DNA from: Fidelibacterota bacterium
GTDB taxonomy: Bacteria; Fidelibacterota; Fidelibacteria; Fidelibacterales; DSDE01
Reading direction: 5' to 3'
Assembly: GCA_046735395.1 (NCBI GenBank)
Contig: JBJKQR010000027.1
Coordinates: 1-64,000 of the forward strand
DNA: 64,000 bases
Positions 38,067 through 47,636 of the stretch are shown piece after piece. The position numbers were made by a program, and so were the translations under genes. Under the pieces are notes generated by a model. The model made no database searches. It saw only the letters and a list, made by a program, of their open reading frames with translations, and was not told the DNA's origin. Each line of letters opens with the position of its first letter. Positions within the stretch are counted from its first letter, which is position 1.

Positions 38067-38528
38067 ATGCTTTTCGACAAACTTCGGGCCATTGACATGT
38101 TCAGCGGATTGACTGAACCGGAATTGAAGGATGTAGACAGCTTCGTCGAGTTCCGGACGATGAAGGAGGGTGAAATCCTGTTCAGGGAAGGCGATGTCTG
38201 CCGTGATATCTTTATTGTACTGGAAGGCCGCTTCAATATCCTGATTCGCAAGGTCGGATCCATGGAAATTGATGACAGCGGAATGATGGCCACGGTGAAA
38301 AGCGGAGAAATCATCGGCGAACTCAGTTTTCTGGACGGCGCTCCCCGGTCGGCAACGGTGCAGGTGAGAAATGAAGCCTCCATTCTGCGTATTCCCTACG
38401 ATCCCCTTACGAATTTTTTCAGGGATAATCCCGTTCCGGCATATAAGATTATTCACAAAATTTCGATTATGCTGGCCACCCGGGTCCGGGACGTTAACCT
38501 GAAGCTTAGAAATTCGCTGTTATTCTGA
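38067..38528 (+). CDS. Stand-alone cyclic-nucleotide-binding domain protein
   Basis: LFREGD, GEIIGELSFLDGAPRSATV; AGGAGA RBS; no HTH. Confidence 0.87.
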   Translation: MLFDKLRAIDMFSGLTEPELKDVDSFVEFRTMKEGEILFREGDVCRDIFIVLEGRFNILIRKVGSMEIDDSGMMATVKSGEIIGELSFLDGAPRSATVQVRNEASILRIPYDPLTNFFRDNPVPAYKIIHKISIMLATRVRDVNLKLRNSLLF

Positions 38529-38538
38529 ACGGATCAAA

Positions 38539-40110
38539 ATGAATTCAATATTTCTTCACAATGGTAAAATCTGGACCGGAGACCGGGACAAGCCTGTTGT
38601 AGAGGCTCTCTACATTGAAGGCAATACCATCAGGTCCGCGGGACGAACCCGCGAGATTCAGCCGCTGCTTGCCGGGGATGTGTTTACGGTGGATCTGAAA
38701 GGCCGGACCGTGCTTCCGGGCTTCTCTGATACGCATATGCACCTGAGTGAATGGGCCAAACGGGAAAAGCAGCTTCACTTGGACGGGTTCACGTCCTTGG
38801 AGGCGCTGTTGGCCTATGTGCGGGAAAATCTGCCTGACTCGGAATGGGTTCTGGGCGGAGGATGGAATTATAATGTATGGGAGGAACACCGTCTGCCCAC
38901 CGCCGAAGACCTTTCCTTCATTTCGCCTCTCCAGAAAGTGGTTTTCTTCTCCAAGGATTTCCATTCGGCCTGGGTGAATGATTCGGTCATTGATATGATA
39001 AATCCCAGGGATATGGCCAAATATATTGATCTCAATCAGATTCAGACCAATTCCATCGGCCAGCTGACCGGCATATTCCGCGAAGATGCCATGATGCAGT
39101 GTATTGTTCCCCTGGTTGATCAGCAGCCCAGCCCTCTCTTCAATTTCCCGATGGAGCTCTTTGAAAAGTTTTTTGAGTTCGGCATCACCTCGCTGCACAG
39201 CATCGAGACCTTTCAGAATTACCGGAATCTGCGGAATCTGTATCAGAACCGGGTTCATCGCGGCCCGCGGCTGGGTATTTACGTGTATCATCATGATAAA
39301 CAGCAGATTTTGGACTATCATATGAAAAGCGGGGATGGCGGCCCCTGGCTGCGGTTTCTGGGCCTCAAATATTTTCTGGACGGAAGTCTCGGTTCCCAGA
39401 CGGCCTGGATGTCCGCGCCTTACGAAGGGATGGATGACTATACCGGGGTTCGGATCTGGGACGGGGAAGAACTTCGCCGGGATGTGGCGGGAACGGAGGA
39501 AGCGCATCTGAAACTGGCGGTTCATGCCATCGGGGATGCGGCTGTCGATGAAGCACTGAAGCTGCTGGAAGGCCGCAGCCCCTTTGAAGGGATACCGGAC
39601 CGCATTGAGCATGTTCAGCTCTGCTCACCGGAACTGCTGGACAGGCTGGAGCGGCAACGCCCCGGTATCACCGCAAATCCCAGCCACCTGCTGTCGGATT
39701 TTCCCACGGCGGAAAAATACTGGGGAGAGCGCAGCCGGCACGCCTTTGCCCTGAAAAGCATGCTGGACCGGAACCTGCCGGTTACCTTTGCGTCCGATGC
39801 ACCTGTGGAACATATCAATCCCTGGCTCAGCATTACTGCAGCCGTTCACCGCATTCCGGACTATTCCGGGATATCATGGTATCCGCAGGAACGCATCAGC
39901 ATGGATGACGCACTGACCATGATGATCGTCAATTCCGCCTCTCTCAGCGGTGAAAGTGAAAAGAAGGGAAAGTTACTGCCCGGATATTTCGCGGATCTCT
40001 TTGTCTGTTCCAAGGATCCTTTCAGTGTGGAAATTCCGGATATTGTTACGATCCGGTCGCTGCTGACGATTCTTGACGGCCAGATTGTTCTGGACAGGCT
40101 CAATTCCTGA
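38539..40110 (+). CDS. Amidohydrolase 3 (YtcJ-like)
   Basis: DLKGRTVLPGFSDTHMH, KYFLDGSLGSQTA, VHAIGD, RIEHVQ, ASDAPV, GYFADL. Confidence 0.88.
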   Translation: MNSIFLHNGKIWTGDRDKPVVEALYIEGNTIRSAGRTREIQPLLAGDVFTVDLKGRTVLPGFSDTHMHLSEWAKREKQLHLDGFTSLEALLAYVRENLPDSEWVLGGGWNYNVWEEHRLPTAEDLSFISPLQKVVFFSKDFHSAWVNDSVIDMINPRDMAKYIDLNQIQTNSIGQLTGIFREDAMMQCIVPLVDQQPSPLFNFPMELFEKFFEFGITSLHSIETFQNYRNLRNLYQNRVHRGPRLGIYVYHHDKQQILDYHMKSGDGGPWLRFLGLKYFLDGSLGSQTAWMSAPYEGMDDYTGVRIWDGEELRRDVAGTEEAHLKLAVHAIGDAAVDEALKLLEGRSPFEGIPDRIEHVQLCSPELLDRLERQRPGITANPSHLLSDFPTAEKYWGERSRHAFALKSMLDRNLPVTFASDAPVEHINPWLSITAAVHRIPDYSGISWYPQERISMDDALTMMIVNSASLSGESEKKGKLLPGYFADLFVCSKDPFSVEIPDIVTIRSLLTILDGQIVLDRLNS

Positions 40111-40111
40111 T

Positions 40112-40810
40112 ATGAATTATTTCCGATCTACAAAATCACCCTTATTCAGCCTTATTTTTGTCATGCCCATGGCGCTGTTCTATGAGGTCACACTCTTTAT
40201 TATCAATAATTCCGATACGGACGGAATCCGAAACAGTGCTGATATCATGTTGAAACGCATTCTTGCTCATGTGGGATTTCAGGGTTTTCCCGCTTCGATT
40301 ATTCTTTTCCTCCTCGTCTTCATCACCGTTTCCCTGATCCACAGGGTGAAATTTCGCGGTGGCGAATTCGAATGGATTCATTTCCCGGTTCTGGTTCTGG
40401 AAAGCGCATTTTACGCCATGATCATGATATTCTTCTTTGCCTATATCCTGAGGACCCACGTGATGCTCAGCGGATCTGTTCCCCAGCTGAGACATGTTGT
40501 ATACAGCATGGGCGCCGGTGTGTACGAGGAACTCCTTTTTCGCGGGATTCTCCTTGAAGGCCTGCTGCTCATTTTTTCGCGTCTGAAAAGTGTTTATCAC
40601 GGATTCCTGACGGCTCTGGCCGTTCTGATCTCCTCGCTTGTGTTCGTGGGCATCCATTACATGGGTACCTTCGGGGACACCTTCACCTACACGTCCTTTG
40701 CCATTCGTTTTCTGGGGAGTCTCATGCTCAGCGCCATTTATCTATGGAGAGGATTTGCTGCGGCTGCTTACAGCCACATGTTCTACGATATTTTTGTCGT
40801 TCTAATCTAG
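40112..40810 (+). CDS. CPBP (CAAX/Abi) family intramembrane glutamic protease
   Basis: AGVYEELLFRG, FVGIHY, SHMFYD; multiple TM helices. Confidence 0.82.
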   Translation: MNYFRSTKSPLFSLIFVMPMALFYEVTLFIINNSDTDGIRNSADIMLKRILAHVGFQGFPASIILFLLVFITVSLIHRVKFRGGEFEWIHFPVLVLESAFYAMIMIFFFAYILRTHVMLSGSVPQLRHVVYSMGAGVYEELLFRGILLEGLLLIFSRLKSVYHGFLTALAVLISSLVFVGIHYMGTFGDTFTYTSFAIRFLGSLMLSAIYLWRGFAAAAYSHMFYDIFVVLI

Positions 40811-40821
40811 GAGGGTTGCCT

Positions 40822-41673
40822 ATGATACGGCCTCAACGGGTCGCAGGACAGTTCTACCCTGCAGAGGAGGATGTGCTGCGTTCACAGATTCGGTCATTTC
40901 TGGATGCAGATCCGGGAGATGCGCCGGCAGAGGATGAAGGCGTACGAGCTCTGATTGTACCGCATGCAGGCTATATATTCAGCGGCGCCCAGGCAGGAAG
41001 AGCCTACCGCTGTCTGGAAGGCCGCAGTTTTGATGTTATCTGTGTCATTTCACCCAGCCACTATGACTATTTTCAGGGACTGAGCATTTATCCGGGAAGC
41101 GGGTATCAGACTCCGCTGGGTGTGATGAAAATTGACGATTCCCTACGGAAAATCATTTGCGAAAAAACGTGGGTGGAAGCGACTGACGCGGGACACGGAC
41201 GGGAGCATGCGCTGGAAGTTCAGCTTCCCTTTCTCCAGTATGTTCTCGGTGCGGATACGCGTCTGCTGCCGCTGGTCATGGGTTCGCAGGACGAGCAGAC
41301 CATCGAAACACTGATCTCCTGCCTTCAGTATCTGATTGAGGAGCTGGGCGAAAAACTTCTGGTCGTCGCCAGTTCGGATCTGAGCCATTTTCATCCGGCA
41401 GACCAGGCAAGGCGCATGGATGAACGCTGTATCGAAGCAATCGGAAATTTTGACGGCAGGTCTTTCTGGTCTTCAGTCCGGAACGGGGATGTGGAAGCCT
41501 GCGGAGCCGGTCCCATTGCTGCCGTGCTCCGCACATTCGAAGCCTTGCCCGGATCCGCTGTCCATACCCTGGGTTACAGCCATTCGGGGCAGGTCATTCC
41601 CGACCGCAGCAGCGTTGTGGGTTACAGTTCCGCCATTATTACCATGAAAAGAGGTGGTCATGAACATCAGTGA
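40822..41673 (+). CDS. amrB: AmmeMemoRadiSam protein B (MEMO1-like)
   Basis: VAGQFYP, VPHAGYIFSG, SPSH, EHALEVQLPFLQ, ASSDLSHF, ACGAGP, VVGY. Confidence 0.92.
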   Translation: MIRPQRVAGQFYPAEEDVLRSQIRSFLDADPGDAPAEDEGVRALIVPHAGYIFSGAQAGRAYRCLEGRSFDVICVISPSHYDYFQGLSIYPGSGYQTPLGVMKIDDSLRKIICEKTWVEATDAGHGREHALEVQLPFLQYVLGADTRLLPLVMGSQDEQTIETLISCLQYLIEELGEKLLVVASSDLSHFHPADQARRMDERCIEAIGNFDGRSFWSSVRNGDVEACGAGPIAAVLRTFEALPGSAVHTLGYSHSGQVIPDRSSVVGYSSAIITMKRGGHEHQ

Positions 41674-42205
41674 TCATGAAAAGCGCATCATGCTGTCCGC
41701 AGTGCGACAATATCTGGAGAGTCGTCTGACCGGCGCGGAGACGGAGGAGCTGCCCGATCTTCCCATCTTTTCACGCAAACCGGGGATATTTATAACGTTG
41801 AATAAACGGAAAATGCTCCGGGGCTGTATCGGGCATATCATCGGCCAGGAGCCTCTGAGCCAATCCCTTTATGAACTGGCCGAAGCGTCGGCATTTCAGG
41901 ATCCCCGGTTTCCGGGGCTGAAGCATTCGGAACTGGAGGATATCGAGATCGAAATCTCCATCCTCAGTGAACCGGTGAAAATTGAGCACTGGCAGGATAT
42001 TGAACCCGGGCTGCATGGCATCCTGATCCGGAAAGGGTTTCATCAGGCTGTTTTTCTGCCCCAGGTGGCCACTGAACAGGGCTGGGATCTGACGACGACG
42101 CTGCGTCACCTCTGTCTCAAGGCCGGACTGAACTCCGAAGCCTATATAGATGAGGATATGGAATTCAGAATTTTTACAGCGACTGTTTTTTCGGAAGGCA
42201 AATGA
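41660..42205 (+). CDS. amrA: AmmeMemoRadiSam protein A (AMMECR1-like)
   Basis: GIFITL..LRGCIG, AFQDPRF, EISILS, VFLPQVA.EQGW, LCLKAG. Confidence 0.92.
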   Translation: MNISDHEKRIMLSAVRQYLESRLTGAETEELPDLPIFSRKPGIFITLNKRKMLRGCIGHIIGQEPLSQSLYELAEASAFQDPRFPGLKHSELEDIEIEISILSEPVKIEHWQDIEPGLHGILIRKGFHQAVFLPQVATEQGWDLTTTLRHLCLKAGLNSEAYIDEDMEFRIFTATVFSEGK

Positions 42206-43029
42206 AGTCATTCGTACTGATCGGAGGAGGAAATGCCGGCTCACTGCTGGCCCGGCGTCTGGTATCGAGATCCTGGTCTTTTCTGGGTTTCAGTGATCCG
42301 GATCCGGCTGTACAGGCCAGAATGGCGCAGGAGTACGGGATGCTCCCTGTCCTGAATACGGAGGAATCCTTTCCTGAAAATGATCTGTGCATAGTGGCCG
42401 TTCCCGACGATCGTCTGGAGAATTTGTGCCGGGACCTGGATGCACGCCTGCTGAATACCCGGCATCTGCTGCACCCCGGCGGTTTTACGGCCGCAGATGT
42501 CTTCGATGCAGTCAGAAATATATCGCCGGACATAGAGAAACACGCGCTGCATCCGCTGGTTTCCATTCCCGGTCCGGCCTATCCGGCCGCGTATCTGGAT
42601 GAGGTCTATTTTGCCATCGACGGTGATAATGAGGCCTGGATGACGGAGCTGGCGGCTGATCTGGGCGCCGGAGCCTTCAGAATGAATTCTCAGGACAGGC
42701 GCTGGTATCATACGGCGGCTGTTCTTGCCGGAAATCTGAGTCTGGCGGTCTGGGCTGCGGCCGAGGAGACAGCTGCGGAGACCGGTCTGGATGAAGGTCA
42801 ATTCCGGAAGGTATTTCGGCCCCTTATCCAGAGCGTATTGAATAACTATATCGGCAAAGGGAGTTCCGACGCATTGTCCGGGCCGGTGAAACGGGGTGAC
42901 AGCCATTTGATCGATATGCAGATGACACTGCTTGGAAAACTAAATAACGGTTCTGTGAGGGAGGTCTATGATGTATTGACCCGATACCTGATCCGGACAC
43001 GACAAAGGGAGACCGGCGATGAAACTTGA
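42202..43029 (+). CDS. Rossmann-like + DUF2520 oxidoreductase
   Basis: IGGGNAG, AVPDD, LHPL, YHTAAVLAGN, ALSGPVKRGD. Confidence 0.82.
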   Translation: MKSFVLIGGGNAGSLLARRLVSRSWSFLGFSDPDPAVQARMAQEYGMLPVLNTEESFPENDLCIVAVPDDRLENLCRDLDARLLNTRHLLHPGGFTAADVFDAVRNISPDIEKHALHPLVSIPGPAYPAAYLDEVYFAIDGDNEAWMTELAADLGAGAFRMNSQDRRWYHTAAVLAGNLSLAVWAAAEETAAETGLDEGQFRKVFRPLIQSVLNNYIGKGSSDALSGPVKRGDSHLIDMQMTLLGKLNNGSVREVYDVLTRYLIRTRQRETGDET

Positions 43030-44221
43030 TGTCCACAGCCCCAGATTTATCCTGTTTTTACTGATCGGTATGATCGCAGGCGCCATTTACGGCGGAATAT
43101 CGGGTACAGAGTTGCCGATGGCCGAACTGATCGGAAAATTATTTCTGAATGCTCTCAAAATGATGATCGTTCCCCTGGTCGGATCGTCCATGATTCTCGG
43201 GGTCACGCAGATGGGGCAGGTGAAAAAACTGGGACGGCTGGGTGCCGTGACTCTCTTTTATTACATTTTAACCACCCTGCTTGCCGTGACGGCCGGACTG
43301 ATTCTGGTCAATATCCTGGAACCGGGAATCAACCGCCAGATCGTATCCGGGGCCGTTCATACCGGCGGCCGCTACAGTTTTCTGGATGTGGTTCTCGGCA
43401 TCGTTCCGGAAAATATTTTTGCGGTCATGGCAAAGGGCGAGGTGCTGCCCCTCATCTTTTTTTCCCTCTTTTTCGGCCTGGTCATGAACAGTCTGCGCGA
43501 CAGCACGGATCAGGTTCTGAAATTCTTCGAGGGATTATTTGAAATTTCCATGAAAATGACGCAGCTGATCATTGTGTTCGCGCCTATAGGCATCTTCGGA
43601 CTGGTGGCGGCCCGCTTGGGAAAAGCCGGGGGCTGGGGTGCCTTCGAGGAAGAACTGACACGTCTGGGCATGTATGTGCTGACGGTCATCAGCGGCCTGG
43701 CTGTGCACAGCCTGCTTGTGCTGCCGCTCATCTATTTTCTGGTCGTTCGGAAAAATCCCCTCGACTTTGTGCGAAAGATGGGGGAAGCGCTGATCACAGC
43801 CTTTTCCACGGCGTCCTCGAGTGCGACCCTTCCTCTCACCATGGAATGCGCGGAAAAGAATGCCGGAATCCGCCAGAGTACGGCCAGTTTCGTCCTGCCT
43901 CTGGGCGCGACGGTGAATATGGATGGGACTGCGCTGTATGAAGCGGTGGCAGCCATGTTCATCGCCCAGTTGTATGGGATTCATCTCGGATTCGCGGATC
44001 AGCTGGTCATCGTGCTTACGGCAACACTGGCAGCAATCGGTGCAGCAGGCATACCTGAAGCCGGCCTGGTGACCATGGTTCTGGTGCTGCACTCCGTCGG
44101 GCTCCCAACGGAGGGAATCGGCGCGATTCTCGCTGTGGACTGGTTTCTGGACCGTATACGGACCACCGTGAATGTCTGGGGCGATTCCATCGGTGCGGCG
44201 GTTGTGGATCGTTTCAATTAG
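43019..44221 (+). CDS. Dicarboxylate/amino acid:cation symporter (DAACS)
   Basis: LFLNALKM..VPL, AFSTASSSATLP, LPLGATVNMDGTALY, DWFLDRIRT.VNVWGD. Confidence 0.93.
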   Translation: MKLDVHSPRFILFLLIGMIAGAIYGGISGTELPMAELIGKLFLNALKMMIVPLVGSSMILGVTQMGQVKKLGRLGAVTLFYYILTTLLAVTAGLILVNILEPGINRQIVSGAVHTGGRYSFLDVVLGIVPENIFAVMAKGEVLPLIFFSLFFGLVMNSLRDSTDQVLKFFEGLFEISMKMTQLIIVFAPIGIFGLVAARLGKAGGWGAFEEELTRLGMYVLTVISGLAVHSLLVLPLIYFLVVRKNPLDFVRKMGEALITAFSTASSSATLPLTMECAEKNAGIRQSTASFVLPLGATVNMDGTALYEAVAAMFIAQLYGIHLGFADQLVIVLTATLAAIGAAGIPEAGLVTMVLVLHSVGLPTEGIGAILAVDWFLDRIRTTVNVWGDSIGAAVVDRFN

Positions 44222-44269
44222 GCAGAGATTCCTGTCAGCATTTTCCTGATTTAACAGAAGGAGACGAAT

Positions 44270-45259
44270 ATGGCCCGGTCATTTACGGAAGAATTCGGAT
44301 TGAAATACCCCATGGTGCTGGCTCCCATGTTTCTGATAAACCGGGTGCCCCTGGTCGTTGCTGCCGCGAAGGCCGGGATACTCGGAACCTTTCCGGCACT
44401 GAACTATCGGAGTACGGAGGAATACCGTGCCGCCATCCGATCAATCAAGACGGAAACGGGACATGGGAATTTCGGAATCAATATCATTGTTCAGCAGTCA
44501 AACCGTCTGCGTGAAGAACAGATGAATATTGCCATGGAGGAAGGCGTACGGCTGATCATCAGCTCTCTCGGCAATCCGGCGTGGTTTATCGAAAAAGCTC
44601 ATGAAACTGGTGCAAAAGTATATTGCGATGTCGTGGGGGAGGAGCATGCCCGGAAAGCGATTGATCTCGGTGCTGACGGACTCATCGCAGTCGCCTACGG
44701 TGCCGGCGGACATGCGGGAACCCTGTCGCCCTTTGCGCTGATTCCCCGGCTTCGTTCTCTCACAGACAGACCCATATTGGCCGCCGGTGCCATCGGAACC
44801 GGTCGGACCATGGCTGCCGCGAAAATGCTGGGTGCGGACGGCGTGTTCATGGGTACCCGATTCATTGCATCGGAGGAAGCGCAGGTGGAGCCTGTCTATA
44901 AGCAGGCTGTTCTCGATGCGGTCGCCGAGGACATCGTCAATACCGATAAAGTGGACGGCTTTCCGGGAAATTTTATTCTGAATCCGGATTTGTATAAATT
45001 CGGGCTGAAACCGGGATTTCTCGAATATCTGCTGTCCTACAATAAAAGACTGAAACGGCTCTACAGCCTGTCGAGGGCAGCGCGGGCGCTGCTGGGCAGG
45101 AAAAAGCCGAAATTATCCTACCGCACGGTCTGGTCGGCAGGTCAGGGCGTCGCTCAGATCGACAGCGTCCGGCCCATCCGGGACATTGTGGAACAGATTA
45201 TGAATGAATATGAGGAGTGTATGCATGGCATCGCAAGCGCTTCAGATCGTCAATCCTGA
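44270..45259 (+). CDS. Nitronate monooxygenase/FabK-like flavoprotein
   Basis: LAPMF, GADG, GAGGHAG, LAAGAI, LGADGVFMGTRFIA, WSAGQG. Confidence 0.87.
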   Translation: MARSFTEEFGLKYPMVLAPMFLINRVPLVVAAAKAGILGTFPALNYRSTEEYRAAIRSIKTETGHGNFGINIIVQQSNRLREEQMNIAMEEGVRLIISSLGNPAWFIEKAHETGAKVYCDVVGEEHARKAIDLGADGLIAVAYGAGGHAGTLSPFALIPRLRSLTDRPILAAGAIGTGRTMAAAKMLGADGVFMGTRFIASEEAQVEPVYKQAVLDAVAEDIVNTDKVDGFPGNFILNPDLYKFGLKPGFLEYLLSYNKRLKRLYSLSRAARALLGRKKPKLSYRTVWSAGQGVAQIDSVRPIRDIVEQIMNEYEECMHGIASASDRQS

Positions 45260-46067
45260 GCGAAATCACCGGAAGCTGCTATTGGCTTCTCTGTTTTGCT
45301 TCCTGATCACCACGCAATGCAGCACGGGTTTCCGGGCAACGGTTACGGGGGAGAGTGCAAATCTGTCAGATAAAACGGAAGGGACCGATGTGAGTCAGCC
45401 GCTGATAAATTCCTGGACCTATCCGGATGCGGGCCTGACCATTGTTCAGGCCGATCTGCCCCTGAATTTTCATTATGATCCCGATCGCGAGAAATCCCTG
45501 AAGACGCTGACGGAGGAAGACAGTGCCTGCTCTGCGATCAACAGCAGCTATTTTGAAGCGGATGGGCGGCATGCCGGACTTCTGATGATACAGGGACTGC
45601 GTGTGGCACCCTATAAAGAGGACCGGCAGCTGAGCACGATTGTCGCTCTCGACCCCCGCCGCGCTGTTTTTGAAATATTGGATGCAAATCCTTCCATAGA
45701 GGAAGGTGTTGCCTCGGGACGGATCCTGTTTCAGGCCGGGCCGGTGCTGTTCAGGAAGGGGACTTATGACAGTGTGGCGGTCGGAAACTCCGTCAACGGG
45801 AACAGTCCCCATCTTCGGACCCTGCTCGCGGAGACGGATGGAAAAGTATGTTATTTCATTATCTGCACCCGGGAGGTGACACTTCCGGAGCTGGCTGAAC
45901 ACCTGCCCCGGCTGGACTGCTTTCGGGGGAAGAGCCTTGACGTGGTAAATCTGGACGGAGGAAGTTCGACGGCCCTGGCCTGTCCGGGAGACAGCGTATT
46001 GAATTTTCGCCCGGATCGAAAGCTGCCGCTTGTTCTGACTTCGGGCCGGATTGGCCATGAAAAGTGA
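45225..46067 (+). CDS. Phosphodiester glycosidase (NAGPA-like) family protein, possible lipoprotein
   Basis: AINSSYF, QAGPVL, RT, NLDGGSST; hydrophobic stretch ending ITTQC; start uncertain. Confidence 0.7.
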   Translation: MASQALQIVNPERNHRKLLLASLFCFLITTQCSTGFRATVTGESANLSDKTEGTDVSQPLINSWTYPDAGLTIVQADLPLNFHYDPDREKSLKTLTEEDSACSAINSSYFEADGRHAGLLMIQGLRVAPYKEDRQLSTIVALDPRRAVFEILDANPSIEEGVASGRILFQAGPVLFRKGTYDSVAVGNSVNGNSPHLRTLLAETDGKVCYFIICTREVTLPELAEHLPRLDCFRGKSLDVVNLDGGSSTALACPGDSVLNFRPDRKLPLVLTSGRIGHEK

Positions 46068-46160
46068 TGATTCGGCATTGATTTACCTGTCTGCGGACTT
46101 TTATTCCACACTTGAAGTTGCTAAGTTTAGCCCATTGAAAACGAGGGTTCGAAGCGGCGG

Positions 46161-47636
46161 ATGAAAAAATACATTTTGGCCATAGATCAGGGAACAACCG
46201 GTACGACCCTCCTGCTGATCGACAGGGAGGGACATGTTACCCACCGGCATTATCAGGAAATAAAGCAGTATTACCCGCAGCCCGCCTGGGTGGAGCATGA
46301 TGCCGAGGAAATATGGAACAGTGTTGAATCCGGGATGGAGGCTATTCTTCGTGAATCCGGGGTCGGTCACGGAGATCTGGATTCCATCGGAATTACCAAT
46401 CAGCGTGAAACGACTGTTGTCTGGGACAGCCGCAGCGGCAAGCCGGTGCATCATGCCATCGTATGGCAATGCCGGAGAACGGCGGCTTATTGTGAAGAGC
46501 TGAAACAGCAGGGGCATGAAGACATGATCCGGGAAAAAACCGGGCTGGTTCTGGATGCCTATTTTTCCGCCACGAAACTCAAATGGCTGCTGGATGCCTG
46601 TGACCCGGACCGCTCACGGTCCCGCAAGGGTGAGTTAAAATTCGGTACCATCGACAGCTGGATCATGTACCGGATGAGCGGCGGACGGGTGCATCTCACA
46701 GATCCTACCAACGCGAGCCGGACCATGCTCTACAATATTGAATCGAAGAGCTGGGACCCGGAGCTGCTTGAGCTTTTTACAATTCCCCGGGAAATACTGC
46801 CTGAGGTGCAGGACAGTTCCGGATTGTTTTTTATGGCCGGGCCGGAACAGAATATTCCGGTGACGGGAGTGGCAGGAGATCAGCAGGCTGCTCTCTTCGG
46901 CCACGGCGCCTGGGACAGCGGTACGATAAAGAATACCTACGGAACCGGGTGCTTCATGATGATCAATACAGGGGCAGAGCGAATTCATTCACAAAATGGA
47001 TTGCTGACGACTCTGGCCTGTGATGCCCGGGGAAAGGCGGTCTATGCACTGGAAGCGTCCATATTCATCGCAGGTGCGGTGATTCAGTATCTCAGGGATG
47101 AACTGGGATTGCTGCACACGGCGGCCGAAAGTGAAGAGGTGGCACGGAGTATTGACGATACGGGAGGCGTGTATTTCGTCCCGGCCTTTGTAGGATTGGG
47201 CGCACCCTGGTGGGATATGAATGCGAGGGGCTGTCTCAGCGGCCTCACCCGTGGAAGCGGACGGGCACACATCGTTCGTGCGGCCCTCGAATCCATCGCC
47301 TACCAGAGCGCGGATGTATTTCAGCTCATGCTGAGTGAAAGTTCGCTGCGGCCCGCGGCCCTGAAAACGGACGGCGGTGCCAGCTCCAATACATTTCTGA
47401 TGCAGTTTCAGGCGGATCTGCTTGGCCTGCCCGTGGAAAAAAATGCTGTGGATGACCTGACGGCTCTCGGTGCGGCCGGACTGGCCGGGATTCACAGCGG
47501 ATTCTGGACGTCGGCCCGGGATTTTGCCGAACGCACCCGATCTGCCATCACCTATGAACCCGATAAAAGAAATGAGAAGCAAATGAAAAACCTCTACAGG
47601 GGCTGGACCCTTGCCGTTCGGAGGGTTCTGTCCTGA
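46161..47636 (+). CDS. glpK: Glycerol kinase
   Basis: LAIDQGTT, GITNQRETT, AIVWQCRRT, YFSATK, TNASRT, GDQQAALFG, KNTYGTGCF, PAFVGLGAP. Confidence 0.95.
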   Translation: MKKYILAIDQGTTGTTLLLIDREGHVTHRHYQEIKQYYPQPAWVEHDAEEIWNSVESGMEAILRESGVGHGDLDSIGITNQRETTVVWDSRSGKPVHHAIVWQCRRTAAYCEELKQQGHEDMIREKTGLVLDAYFSATKLKWLLDACDPDRSRSRKGELKFGTIDSWIMYRMSGGRVHLTDPTNASRTMLYNIESKSWDPELLELFTIPREILPEVQDSSGLFFMAGPEQNIPVTGVAGDQQAALFGHGAWDSGTIKNTYGTGCFMMINTGAERIHSQNGLLTTLACDARGKAVYALEASIFIAGAVIQYLRDELGLLHTAAESEEVARSIDDTGGVYFVPAFVGLGAPWWDMNARGCLSGLTRGSGRAHIVRAALESIAYQSADVFQLMLSESSLRPAALKTDGGASSNTFLMQFQADLLGLPVEKNAVDDLTALGAAGLAGIHSGFWTSARDFAERTRSAITYEPDKRNEKQMKNLYRGWTLAVRRVLS

